From Lepidodermella squamata (taxonomy: Eukaryota; Animalia; Gastrotricha), in assembly GCA_047495785.1 (NCBI GenBank), contig JBLDXI010000023.1, positions 434,001 to 498,000 on the forward strand: DNA of 64,000 nt, written 5' to 3'. Made by a program: the position numbers and the translations under genes. Shown in pieces: positions 39,118 through 50,418 of the stretch; the first letter of the stretch is position 1, and each line of letters starts with the position of its first letter. The notes under the pieces are model-generated. The model ran no database searches and had not been told where the DNA came from. It saw only the letters and a list, made by a program, of their open reading frames with translations.

Positions 39118-39444
39118 ATGCCGAATACCGGATACCTAATAATTCTTTGTTGATTCTTCGTTCTCAGCTAGACATTACAGCTAATTTGAGGAAAATACTG
39201 GAATAAAGAAAGAAGAGACGTTTGTGATTTCACTGACTGGTAATAGTAAATACGATAGAAAAATAGGAACTCGGCGAATAAACTACCCCGATAAAATACT
39301 TTGAACTTGTAATAGTTAATTAATAATTAATATGATTGTTTTAATCATGTTTAACCTTTTTTGATTATTTATTATAGCACGCGATTGATTAGCACTTGAA
39401 GGAAGAGGACCTTACGTCGCATTAAGATTGTCGCTAGATGGTTT

Positions 39445-39696
39445 TTAGCATTGCGTAGGGTACTGCTCCTTGCCGAGGATAACTTTCTCGTTCTTACAGC
39501 AAGTCTGGTACATGGAGTCGTACGAAGCTGTTCCGCAGCAATTAATGGTGTAGCGATTCCAGTTGAATGCGTTAGCACCACAGCACTTAGTGAAGCCGAA
39601 CGGGCCGTTATTAGCTAGGCCATTGCCGTCGTATTCGGACAGGCAGAAGCAGAAGATGCGTTCTTCGATCAGAGAATTCGGGAAAATAATTGCTGA
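39445..39696 (-). CDS. Galaxin-like dicysteine-repeat coding segment (83 codons; 5' end unresolved, possibly a pseudogene)
   Basis: Manual minus-strand translation: SAIIFPNSLIEERIFCFCLSEYDGNGLANNGPFGFTKCCGANAFNWNRYTINCCGTASYDSMYQTCCKNEKVILGKEQYPTQC*. AATAAA lies about 70 nt downstream. There is no early start codon, so it is absent from the ORF track. Confidence 0.55.
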   Translation of the reverse strand, partial: SAIIFPNSLIEERIFCFCLSEYDGNGLANNGPFGFTKCCGANAFNWNRYTINCCGTASYDSMYQTCCKNEKVILGKEQYPTQC

Positions 39697-40642
39697 CTAG
39701 ATGACTGATGACTAGAATAGCATACTTTAACTGCGTTTTATATTTGCATAGAAAAGCCAGATAAGATTAAGTAGGAACTAAAAAAATTGTCCAAAGGTGA
39801 GTGATCAACAGCGAGAAATTACCAAACTTTTAGTCAATTAATATATTGCTAGCTACAGTTAATCTTTCGTTCACATCCACCAATCTTTCCATTGCTAATC
39901 GAAAAAACTTCTAAAAATTGACGGAAAAGCGGGCTACATTTTCATAATCTTCATAATCAACAAGTCGGACTACTGGTGCGCACACGGTTTTTCGAGTTTT
40001 TTACTTTCACAAATACTACAACCCATTGAAATCAATGTAAGTTTACTGTATTCGTTCCGTCTCATCAATTAAAATATTGCTAACCAGTAAAATCGGCGTC
40101 GCCTCAGCAAAAAAGGAAACAACTTAGCGACGCACTTACGATTCACCTGCCCTCTATAAAACAGTGCAACCCTCCGTAAACGTAAATGCAAACTGCCGAC
40201 CCTTTGCACTTATAAAGGTCGCGCATTGTTGCATCCAGCCATCAGTAATCGTCAGCCGCAGATGTGGTAGTGTGCAATACGGCAGGTGTCTAGAGCTGTA
40301 GAGAGCGATGGCTAGTGACCCGGTCTTACAACTAGTCTGTATATGATTCGGCTTCCTAGGCCTCTTGATTTCTGTGTCGGCCATAGAGATCGTTCTCTGT
40401 GATTGCCCGGAAGTTCGATAGGCTGCGACCTTCCAAGACCAATGCGAAATCGTAAGCGGCCATTCAATGTCATTCACACAACTAATAAAACATCATCCGA
40501 AAAGAAATTAAAAATTTTGAAGAAACAAGCAAAGTTGATGTTCTTAAAAACGATATATAATCTGCCTAATATTCTGCTGGCTTCATATTGTTTGAATTAC
40601 AGGCTCCATTTCGTGACTTTTCGCCTCGGTAGACATTCGCTG

Positions 40643-41079
40643 TTATGCATGTCGTATATAATGTCGACTTTTATGTAATGTTAACTTTACATAGCACAAG
40701 TGCCCTATGTAATGTTGATTTTCATCCCGATTTTTGAAAGCCCTTGAAATCCCAAGTTGACAACAAATTAGAGTCGGCATCGAGGAGTTTGAAAATGAAT
40801 TTATTTGTTCACTTGGGCGAAAGATAGCCGATGATATCGCCTAAATTCGAAAAATCGATCGGAATCTATTTTCGAAAATCGATCATTTTGGGAGTTTGAG
40901 TGATCGGTATATCTTTCAAAACACCATTTTTGAATTCCTCAATGCCGACTCTAATTTGTTGTCAACTTGGGATTTCAAGGGCTTTCAAAAATCGGGATGA
41001 AAATCAACATTACATAGGGCACTTGTGCTATGTAAAGTTAACATTACATAAAAGTCGACATTATATACGACATGCATAA
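40643..41079. mobile_element. Palindromic MITE (arms about 155 bp, near-perfect) just upstream of the copy 8 promoter block
   Basis: TTATGCATGTCGTATATAATGTCGAC... / ...GTCGACATTATATACGACATGCATAA. Ends are compatible with a TA duplication. Confidence 0.8.
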
Positions 41080-41312
41080 GAACGTGGCCTTCTAAGCATG
41101 ATCCCAGGTATTCACAATAGCGTAACGTGGATTGTTGAAATATGGCAGAACAAATTCTTGAAGCTGAAAAAATAACAATTACTACGCACATGCTGTGCTG
41201 TAAGCACGTTTTTTATGGCTGAATGATACTTGAAGAATTTTACAATCACTTGTATTCCAAGAATTTCAACTTCAAACCTCTCTGCGTAGAGTCGAGTCTA
41301 TTTCGAAGACGG

Positions 41313-44300
41313 ATGAGGCTAATTCTGTTCATTTTTCTCGGAATATGTTCTGACGGTGGGATTACTGATGCCAGGAAGATCGACTATGACAGCGTAAGAC
41401 TTTGAGTTTTCTCATTTCTAAATAAAGTCTTTCGTTCAGGCTTTCAACCAAGCCATTGTAACGGGACAAGTGGCAACGGTACAGCAAATGTTGAATTCGG
41501 GCCTAGTTACCGCAAATTCCTCGACCAGGACGACGCGTCATCGATATGGGTACGCAGGCCCTGCTATCGTGCTTGCTGTTCGAACAAATCAAAGCTACGA
41601 AATGGTTAGCTTATTACTTGAAAACGGTGCTGATGTTGAAGCGAGGAACAATGGCTACGATGGATTTGGTGAATTCAACTTTCCATTCCGAACTCCATTT
41701 CTCTGGGCTGCAAGAGTAGGCAGGCTGGATCTAGCAAGACTTCTCGTTGAAAAATACAACGCTAAAACTGACGTTCGTGACACGAGAAATCAGACAGCTT
41801 TGATGGTTGCTTTTGATGGCCCAATCACCCAAGACTACCTTCGGCTTGTTTACTATCTGTTACCCTTCGAATCACCTGATTCCAGAAACAGGCATGGTTC
41901 TGCCCTTCATATGCTTTGTCGAGTAACAACCACTGATCCAGTACCTTTTGCTAAATTGCTTGTGGAACAATTAAAAATGGATGTGAACGCGAGAGATTAC
42001 CGAAGCAACACGCCGCTGCTGATCGCGGATGAAACAGGATATTCCATGGCTTTGATGCAGTACTTAATTGACCAAGGAGCTGATCTGCTGGCGAGAAATA
42101 CCGAAGGAAAAATCTTTGGGAGGCAATTGACCACGAGACTGCCGAACAGTCCTGTCACTCCGGCATCAATTAGCTCATATACACTTTCGACGACATCCGC
42201 TGCAATCACTTCAACTAGAATTTCGCCATTAACGCCAAACGACGATGCCATCGATGCTGGTTTGCAGCCGATTGTCGGAGCTATTTTCAAGGCGAGGTTA
42301 ACTACGGCTAAGAAAATCAGTACTACCACACGACCCGCCAGGAAATTTGTACGGAACGAAGCACAAGATGAGCTGGACTCAGTAGGTTAACGTTTCTTTA
42401 GCTAGACTGTCTCTTCATACTCATACTCATACTCTTTATTTATGCAAGTTGCCTTTCGACATTTAGCATTTGGTATTATCAGGCATCATCACAAGGCTTA
42501 TGAGTCAACTATTCCCATGGTTGATGGTCGAACCATGGTCCCCAGGCTTTGTGTACTGAGTAGCCATATCTTGATTGCCTGTGAATGGCGTCCTACACCG
42601 GGAGGGAGGAAACCGCGGTCTCGGGTGGATTTGCTTGGCAGTGTTACCAGCAGGTACGCACTCGAGGATTGTGCCCTTGGCTCCGTAGTCGGCGACACGT
42701 CTTCCTGTCAGCTTTATTTCAGTGAAGCTATAATTAGAGGATGCTACATAGACAACTCTATACAGATCGGAAACTAGCGATCTTCCTATAGAAAATAACT
42801 TCACACGAAAACGTGCAAAAGTGGGCACGCGACCTTTTTTATTTACTCATCGCCCTATCCATCCATTGTAATTTGTTCGATTTTTAATTATTTTCTGAAA
42901 TTACCACAGGAAATCTTTCATTTCCCTCAAATTTTAAAAGAAATATCCCGGAATACTAGAAACACTCCTCCATCGAATGAGTCCCGTGTCACGAGACGGT
43001 TTTTTTTCTTGAAGTTGGTCACTTTTGCGAAATATCGCCATTTTAAAAGTCTTTCTGGGCGGTAAACTTCTCTAAGAATTTTTTTTAATTTCAGAAAAAT
43101 GATTTTATCCACGATCAGAATTTTCTCTATTCGGCAAAATGAAACTTGTCCAATAAATATTTTTTACCGCTTTTCCGATTTTTTCAACTTGGTAAAATCC
43201 TCATGTCGCTAGTACTCCTTAAATAAAAAAATACCAATGGGTCCAAAGTTCAAAGTCCATTACAAATGTCCAAATAAATTTAAGGAATTCAATACCAAGT
43301 TTAAAAAAATCGGATGCTACATGAAGCAGTCATATCCCACTGAAAATTTGAGAATGGCGCAATGGCGAGAACTCTCATCTCATCTCGCAAATTTGCATAC
43401 CATGTGAAACTACTGGGAGGTACGATGCTAAAGCTGTAGCCAAACTCATCAACTCTAATTGTTGAAACTCGGGGCAACCTGCATAGCTAACGCTTAAATG
43501 AAAATGGGTTATTTCAGGATGATCAGTACTTTGAATTAAACTGCCTCATTAGCTCATGCGTTAATAAGTATCCGCTGACGATCAGTCTTAAAAGTCGCAA
43601 CTACATAGTTTGATTATTTTTTGCATTTTTCAGAGATTTGTTGGCTACGTGAAGACCAGAAACATTAATGCTGTTCGCGAAATGATTAGACTCAATCAAT
43701 CCCGCGGTGGCGCTCTTTTAATGGAACATCACAATGATTACTTCAGTTCGATATGCGCCAATTGGATATGGGATGAACCTATTCCTGCGGTGGCCGCCGC
43801 TTTGAGCGTTGCGGGAACTTCGTCGGAAATGCTTCAGATTCTACTCGACAACGATGGGGATGCAAATGCAGTCCACCCAAAGTTCGGAAAATCAGCTTTA
43901 ATGCTTGCCTCGGAACAGGATCGCCTGGATCTCGTTCAATTGCTCGTCCAATTTGGGGCAGATGTTGATTTGGAAGTGAATGGAAGAACAGCGATGCTCG
44001 ACGCAGCAGCTACGAATGTTGAAATTGTGAAATTTCTCTTTTCGCAGGGAGCGTCAAAAAACCTGGATAACATTATTTTCGAAGCTTGCCGGAGCTCCTC
44101 TGAGGCTGCTCTCCCAATGGTAAAATTTGCCATTGAGGAAGCTGGCAACTCCATTTCTGGCACGGACACTGAAGGCAGGACTCCATTTGTTTTAGCGGCG
44201 CTCTACCTAAAATCGTCAGATCGCGTCCAAGTATTCGAATATCTTCTATCGAAAGGGGCCGACGTTAATACCAGGATAACTTCGACCGCATTTCAATACC

Positions 44301-44878
44301 AAAATTATACATTGCTTCACCATGCTGCACGCGTCAGTAGCTTGGAATTGGCAAGATTTCTCATCAAAACTGCTGGCCTCAGCCTCGAAGTACGAGAATC
44401 AACTGGCAAAACTCCTTTAATGATCGCAGCTAGTAACACTGCTGAAACTGTTGTCGACCTTCTCGTCGATTCGGGTGCAGATTTATCGGCGGTCGATGAC
44501 GATGGCAATAACGCGCTTTTGTTTGCGTGCAGATATGGCGACATATATCGGGCGAAAAAATTTGCTAGCTTCGCACGAGTGGACGTGAATTCTCAGAACA
44601 ATGACAACGACACGTGTCTCACACTTATCAATGACAAATACGAGTTCAACGGTTTTGCGAAGTTTCTTGTCCAGGAGGGCTACGATATCAATCGAAAACT
44701 ACGGGGAGGGGATACTTTGCTGCATATCCTCGCAGCTCGCCCGAACACGGACACTGAGAATACCCAAGAATTGATTGAAGCTGGAGCCGATATTAACGCG
44801 CTGAATGACGATGGCGATACCCCGCTCGATAATAGTATAATTAGTCGGCTGTCGACGGAAAGCGTTTATGCTTCTTAA
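41313..44878 (+). CDS. Secreted ankyrin-repeat protein, array copy 8 (about 755 aa; module A deletion, 3' end truncated)
   Basis: Exons 41313-41393, 41440-42381 and 43634-44878. Module A lacks its last repeats (RNTEGK joins IFGRQL). Homology stops near 44830 (DTPLD), followed by 15 unrelated codons. May be a decaying copy. Confidence 0.75.
42414..42745 (-). mobile_element. Possible 3' end of a SINE/LINE
   Basis: A GC-richer segment that on the minus strand ends AATAAA + (GAGTAT)3. No protein motif recognised. Confidence 0.35.
42747..43070 (+). mobile_element. One-ended copy of the CATAGACAAC hAT-like element, in intron 2 of copy 8
   Basis: Colinear with 25482-25810. No right TIR seen before exon 3. 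Confidence 0.75.
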
Positions 44879-45691
44879 ATTTCAGATCCCTGTTTTCTGA
44901 TGTTTTACAATATTTCTACGTAACTATTAATGGCTGGTGGCTTAGCTGTTTGATCCTTTTTACGTTCAGGGCTGAATTGAATCTGTGTTCCCTCAATTCC
45001 TTAGCTGGCGGTGTGTCAATCTATTGGACGAATCTCAAAGTCGAAGTTTTCCAGTATCCGGCCGGTTTGTAAGCAGTGGAGTAGCCATGATTGATATCAT
45101 TAGCTTTGAACGTGCTTGATGACTCAATTTAGCCATTTAGAAGATTATAAAAATCTGGTTTTTGCATCAAGAATGAGTCTGTCTTTACAGCGAAACCAAG
45201 AGGTTGTGACAGAAAAAGCGGCCAATGGAGCAGATTAACTGAAACGAATGACAAAAATAGGCGCAAAGTTACTCCGGCAGTAAACGTGTCCGTTCCAAGG
45301 CTTCATCCGAACGAATCCCCGTGGTGCACTCACAGTCCGTTACCCAAAAATCACCGTATTTGATTTAATAACCAGTCGCACTCGCCCCACTTAACATAAA
45401 TAGGGCGCAAAAGTATAACATGTTAAGCGCACAAACAAAACTGCTCTACGACCAGGCCATTAGGTAGCACGTGTTTAGTTAAAGTCGTGGTGGCATTTGG
45501 CAACGCGCGTACTTCCAATCGATTGAGTGCTGTCTTCGACATCGTTAATTGCTCTCGGTTTGCTCTCGAATCGCTTTCTATCCGGGAAAATATGTTTTCG
45601 CCGCAGAAACTCCTACTGCTTTTAACCCGTATTTTAGCCGCATTTCAAATAGGAAGAAGTGAAAAGCTATCACAAACCTTCAAAAAAAGAA

Positions 45692-48600
45692 ATGCGAAAC
45701 TTCCTGACTTTCTGCACTGCGGTCTGCTTGGCTCACGTCAGAGGTATGATTTACATCAGAACATATCAGTGGATTTCATAAATTTATGCCGCATATCATA
45801 TAATTTTCCAGATGCCGCTGGCGGGTCGATCGATCCGCTACCTGACTCGGCATCTGTTCCGCTGCCCCAGCTATACGCAACGCCACGCTACATCCCGCAG
45901 TTCTCCTTCGATCGCGAAAACTGGACGATCAACGCCAACAGTGCTATTCATTCATATTACAACTGCGTTACAGTGGCAAATGGTTACAGCCTCAACTCGA
46001 TGGATCCCAGTCAAAACAGGCTTTTCGGAATGGTCGGAGGAGATGTAAGTATTGGGGTTATTGCCCGGAATATTTCGATATTATACCCGGAATGAGGTTA
46101 GCTAAGCTTGATTGAACCTTTCTTTGCGCCCTAGAAGGCAGGGGGATTTTTTTCTAACGAAAATGTTGATAACTATAAGAGTTTCCAGTATCCTACGCTA
46201 ATAATCCATATATCTACATTGCAGTCTCGTGTTTTCAGATAGTTTCAACCGCTATGGGCATTCTGACACCATGGCGTGCCGAATTCGAAGTGGAAATTAA
46301 GTATAAGACAGTCAACTCAAGCGCATGGCTAGGATTCGGACTGGACTCTCGGACCTATTACCCTCCAAGTGAGAGCCTCGCCATTCTAGTAACAATGTTT
46401 CATGTGTTTTTTACAGTTAAAATGACGAATGCATCGTTGGGCTTTGATGGCTTCAGCGGCTACGGAGAAGGCTTTTTTGTTTGGCAAAAGTTGGAAGTTG
46501 GCGGTCGCGTTTATACTACAAACAAAGCGTCAAACTCATACGGTGGTACCGTGACCAAGTTTGGCATTCCATTTGATTCTCAAGCGAATGAAATTTCGGC
46601 GCCTAGTTGCGGCAGCAACTTAGTACTAAACGCGTCCGGCTACATGACGTACCGCATGGTTTTGCAGGGCCTGCTGGAAAAAGCTAACGTGAGTTATATA
46701 TGAGTTTCTCCTGAGAAGTTGAGATTAACAATAACAGATTTATTGCGCCGTGCAAAACTGTTGAATTTCTTTCTGCTGTTTCACAGGTTTCAATTGTGCC
46801 TTTGAGTGGCGGGCAAAGCCTAACAGCAGCAACGTGCTTGATCAATGTCGACGCCCAATTAGAAGTTCAGATTACAAATGGCTTCCTGTTGAGCCCCTTT
46901 TTCATTGGTGTTAACGGACTTGACGGCGAAGTCATAGTTAAGCGATTGTAAGTTGTATAAGCTAATCTTAGGTTCAAAATTGAGAGTGCTGCAAATTCTT
47001 TTGCAACGACTCCAGATGGGATAATTCATAGGAACTATCATTATCTAACCTTGCGCGCAATATGTTCACCTTTGAAAATGAAAAGGTGATCACAAAAGTT
47101 GTACCTGATTGCAGTATGGATAGTGGACCTAAATTCTAAATTTTAAAATGTCTTTATTACAGCTACTATTGGAACTTGCAGCCGACCACTCCTCCGCTTC
47201 TAGATCAATACACGTTGCCATTAGAGAACGGCTGGGCTGGCAAGCCGCAATTCATGCCGTTCGGCTTTGACGCCATGTCCACGAATCCATTAATACCACC
47301 TTCGCGCAGGCTGCCGGGATCAAGCATGTACTCGGCTGGTTACAGGCTTAATAACATCGCGCCTAGCTATTCGACTGTTCAAAAACTAGGGGTAAGCTTC
47401 GCAGACTATTCCTAACTTGTCAATCTTTGTCTTAAAAGAATTAAGTATCGGATAGGAAGGATGCATTTTACAGGTCATGTAAATTAGAACCTTAGCCTGG
47501 GATAAAAGTATTTTCGGGTGCATAAGGTATTGCTCAAATCGAAATCCTGGCTCATAGAGAGAAACCGATTTATTGGTGGTCTGTCTTACGGATATTTACA
47601 GTAACATTGCCTTTTAGACACAGAAGTATATATTTAATTGATATTGGAGAATGGTATGTTTCAGAAACCAGAAACTATGTTTTATGGTTTCGATTGTTAA
47701 TAATTTGAGCAAAGGTGATGATTTACAACTCGAACGCTGTCCTTCAAGACTTGAGATGCCATTTCGACTACATTGATGTCAAAGTTTTGCAGAAGTTTCA
47801 TTGCTTCAGTGGTTAATGAACCCCGGGCATCAATGTAGAGAACATGCACTTCGATTTAGTCTTAATTGTAAGCCTCACCAATGAAGTCGCTGCACGGCAC
47901 GTAGATTGTGCGTTTCTCTTTATTAACCAGTTCGAATTGATCAATTGATGATTCGCATCGGATTGTAGAGTCGATTACCATACCGGTTCGGCTTCCTTTC
48001 CTAATAGCTGGGATGTCGAATCGTCGTGATTGTTGGCCGCACAATGCCCTTCTTCGTTATATCCTTGACCGCGTAGTTCTGTAGCGATTTTCTGGCGGAT
48101 TTTTAGGTTGCGATCATGGATCCTGAAGCTTCCAAGGATGGATATATTTTCTCGTTATTACTATACTCGTTGCCAAAGTCCCAATACACTATCCCAGTTA
48201 CTGACATTCCGATGCATTTACAGGATGTGGGAAGGGTGTTACAGCAATTGTACTGGCGTATCGAGGTGGATTTGGATGTTTACCTCAAACAAGACGCTTC
48301 CGAGGCTTGGTTAGGCATCAACGTCGCGCCTTTCTGGGTTTACCCGGTAGCAGGTTCGTTTCTGAACTAAGCAAAACTAATTCAAGCATATATGCCACAT
48401 TTGTCCAATAAACAGGATCGGTAAACGGGAGTTCGTATGACAATGCTTTCAAAGGCTATGCCGGCATATTTGTAGCGCAGCGAATCGGTATCAATGCCGG
48501 CGAATTTTACGCGACATTCGACCCGATGCAGGTGACTGTTAGCAGCGCGAGCTCGCTATTTCCAAACATGACAGCCATGCCTCTCACCTACAATGTGACA

Positions 48601-50418
48601 ACACCTCCAGCCTGTGGTCTGACCTCTCTTTTCTCGTCACCATCTGGCAATGCCAAGTACCGCGTCGTCATACAAAACCCAAATAATTTAGTTACGGTAA
48701 TAAACAGAAGTATGTTTCCAACATGGTGCACTCTTATGTTTTTTTCGGCAGATGGCGATTGCCCCGTTGCCAGGCAACGGCGATACCCCAAGCTCTATTT
48801 GCTTCTCGAATGTTTCGTACGTGGTGAAAGGCGGCATGACCTTTGTTCTAAGCAGCGTGCAAGGCAATAACGCCGACATCTTCGTTCAAAAAGCGTACTT
48901 TAAATGATCTCTTTATATTCCTCAGTTTATTCTTCTTTATCAAGGTATATGTGGCTACTAACGCCAGGAAATAGAACCCTGCTGCCCACTAAGGTTATAA
49001 CGTCTTCAACGGCATCTTTATCTTCGAGTTCAACCGCTTCGAGCTCAACAGTTCAATCGCTTAGCACTTCAAGTCCGGCTAGCTCTACAAGCAGCGAACC
49101 AGCAACCAGCGTCCTTACTCCAATGGAACCTTTACCAACTACAAATACGCCTCTTCTATCGAACGGCCTAATCAGTACTAAAGCAGTTCAATCAGCCACG
49201 ATGATTGCAGGTATGAAGCAACAAGGTGGGATAGGTTTGAGTGGTGAAGATTCGGCCAAGGAATATCAGCAGGATTTGGATGCTACTAGTCGCTCACCGA
49301 GTGGGTTCCCAATCCCGGCACTATTCACAGGCAACGCCCGTCCAACTGTTAAACTGGCTGATTTGACAAGTTGCCCGTATATAAGTGCCGAGGAACGCAT
49401 GCCGGAAATCGGAACCCTCATATACGCGACTCTAACCTTGGAACGGTTGTTCAAAATCGACACAGCCGAGCAGCAGGTCTCACTTTGGGGATCACTGCTT
49501 CTACAGTGGGTGGTTACATCTTGCGAGGCAGATTACACGGCGCCGGGAAGTGACGTCAAAGAACGGTTGGTTTCGACCAGAAGTAAAGACATCTGGCGAC
49601 CGACGTTGATTTTCGCAAATTCGACAACAGAATTTGATTCGCCGTTGGATTCGGAGGCCAGCGACAAGTTGGACATTGCCTACTACCCGACAGCTCCTAA
49701 CCGTTCGTTGTTTTTCCACTGGAACCGAGTTGGAACTTTTGTGGCACGCTGCCAACTCGACCTTACGACTTTCCCGTTCGATAAGCAATCCTGCGAATTC
49801 ACGGTTGTTTTCGACGAGCCGTCGGAATTTGTCGCGTTCGGCGGAATCTACGTTCGAATTCCAGACTCGCTCGCCAGTGGCATTTGGCAATACACATCAC
49901 GGAAAACCAGTCACGGTGTCATCGCATCACCCACGCAACTCACCGCGAGGGTTTCCTACGCAAAGGTCACGCTGACCTTCGAGCGCGACCCAGGGTACTT
50001 TATCATAAACATGCTAGTTCCGTGCTACATTCTTCTGACTCTCGGCTTCGGAACTTTCTTCATGGATCCCGCTGTTCCCGATAGACCGGCTATCTGTTGT
50101 ACCATAATGTTATCGCTTATCGTAGCTCAGTCTGACGTTTTGCGGAGTGTGCCTGAGACCAGCCAGCAAATATTGTATGCAAACTATATCCTGGGCTTGA
50201 CTGGTACTATTGCTCTTATCGCTATGTACCAGATCATCGTATCGGCTGTTGCTTCGAAACGTGGGGAGAAGTACACCACGGTAGTAAAATGCCGCTTCTT
50301 GCCAGCTATGGAGTTTATCCGCCTATGCGACATCCTCGCGTTTCTCGCAACCTTCGAAGGCATTCTGGGCATCAATGTTTACTTTATTTGGATTGCGATG
50401 CGTGGTCGTGATAATTGA
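45692..50418 (+). CDS. Cys-loop (pentameric) ligand-gated ion channel subunit with a long duplicated N-terminal ectodomain (10 exons, about 1073 aa)
   Basis: Exons 45692-45743 (signal MRNFLTFCTAVCLAHVR), 45812-46044, 46239-46368, 46417-46688, 46787-46947, 47163-47391, 48107-48353, 48416-48696, 48752-48894 and 48945-50418. All introns are GT-AG with consistent phases, summing to 3222 nt. The last exon has IWRPTL..N (loop A), the Cys-loop CQLDLTTFPFDKQSC (C-x13-C), pre-M1 R-x-P-x-YF and four hydrophobic helices. The exon 3 acceptor and exon 8 donor are the least certain junctions. Confidence 0.8.
47697..48105 (-). mobile_element. R2/NeSL/Utopia-type non-LTR retrotransposon remnant (restriction-like endonuclease C-terminus) in intron 6 of the channel gene
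   Basis: Frameshifted minus-strand pieces KIRQKIATELRGQGYNEEGHC / SRRFDIPAI..GMVIDSTIRCE..VNKEKRTIYVP / IEVHVLYIDARGSL..VLKDSVRVVNHHL match the REL-endonuclease pattern (EEVHC, RRxDI, IDPTIRxE, EKxxIYxP, GARG, HHL). Confidence 0.72.
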
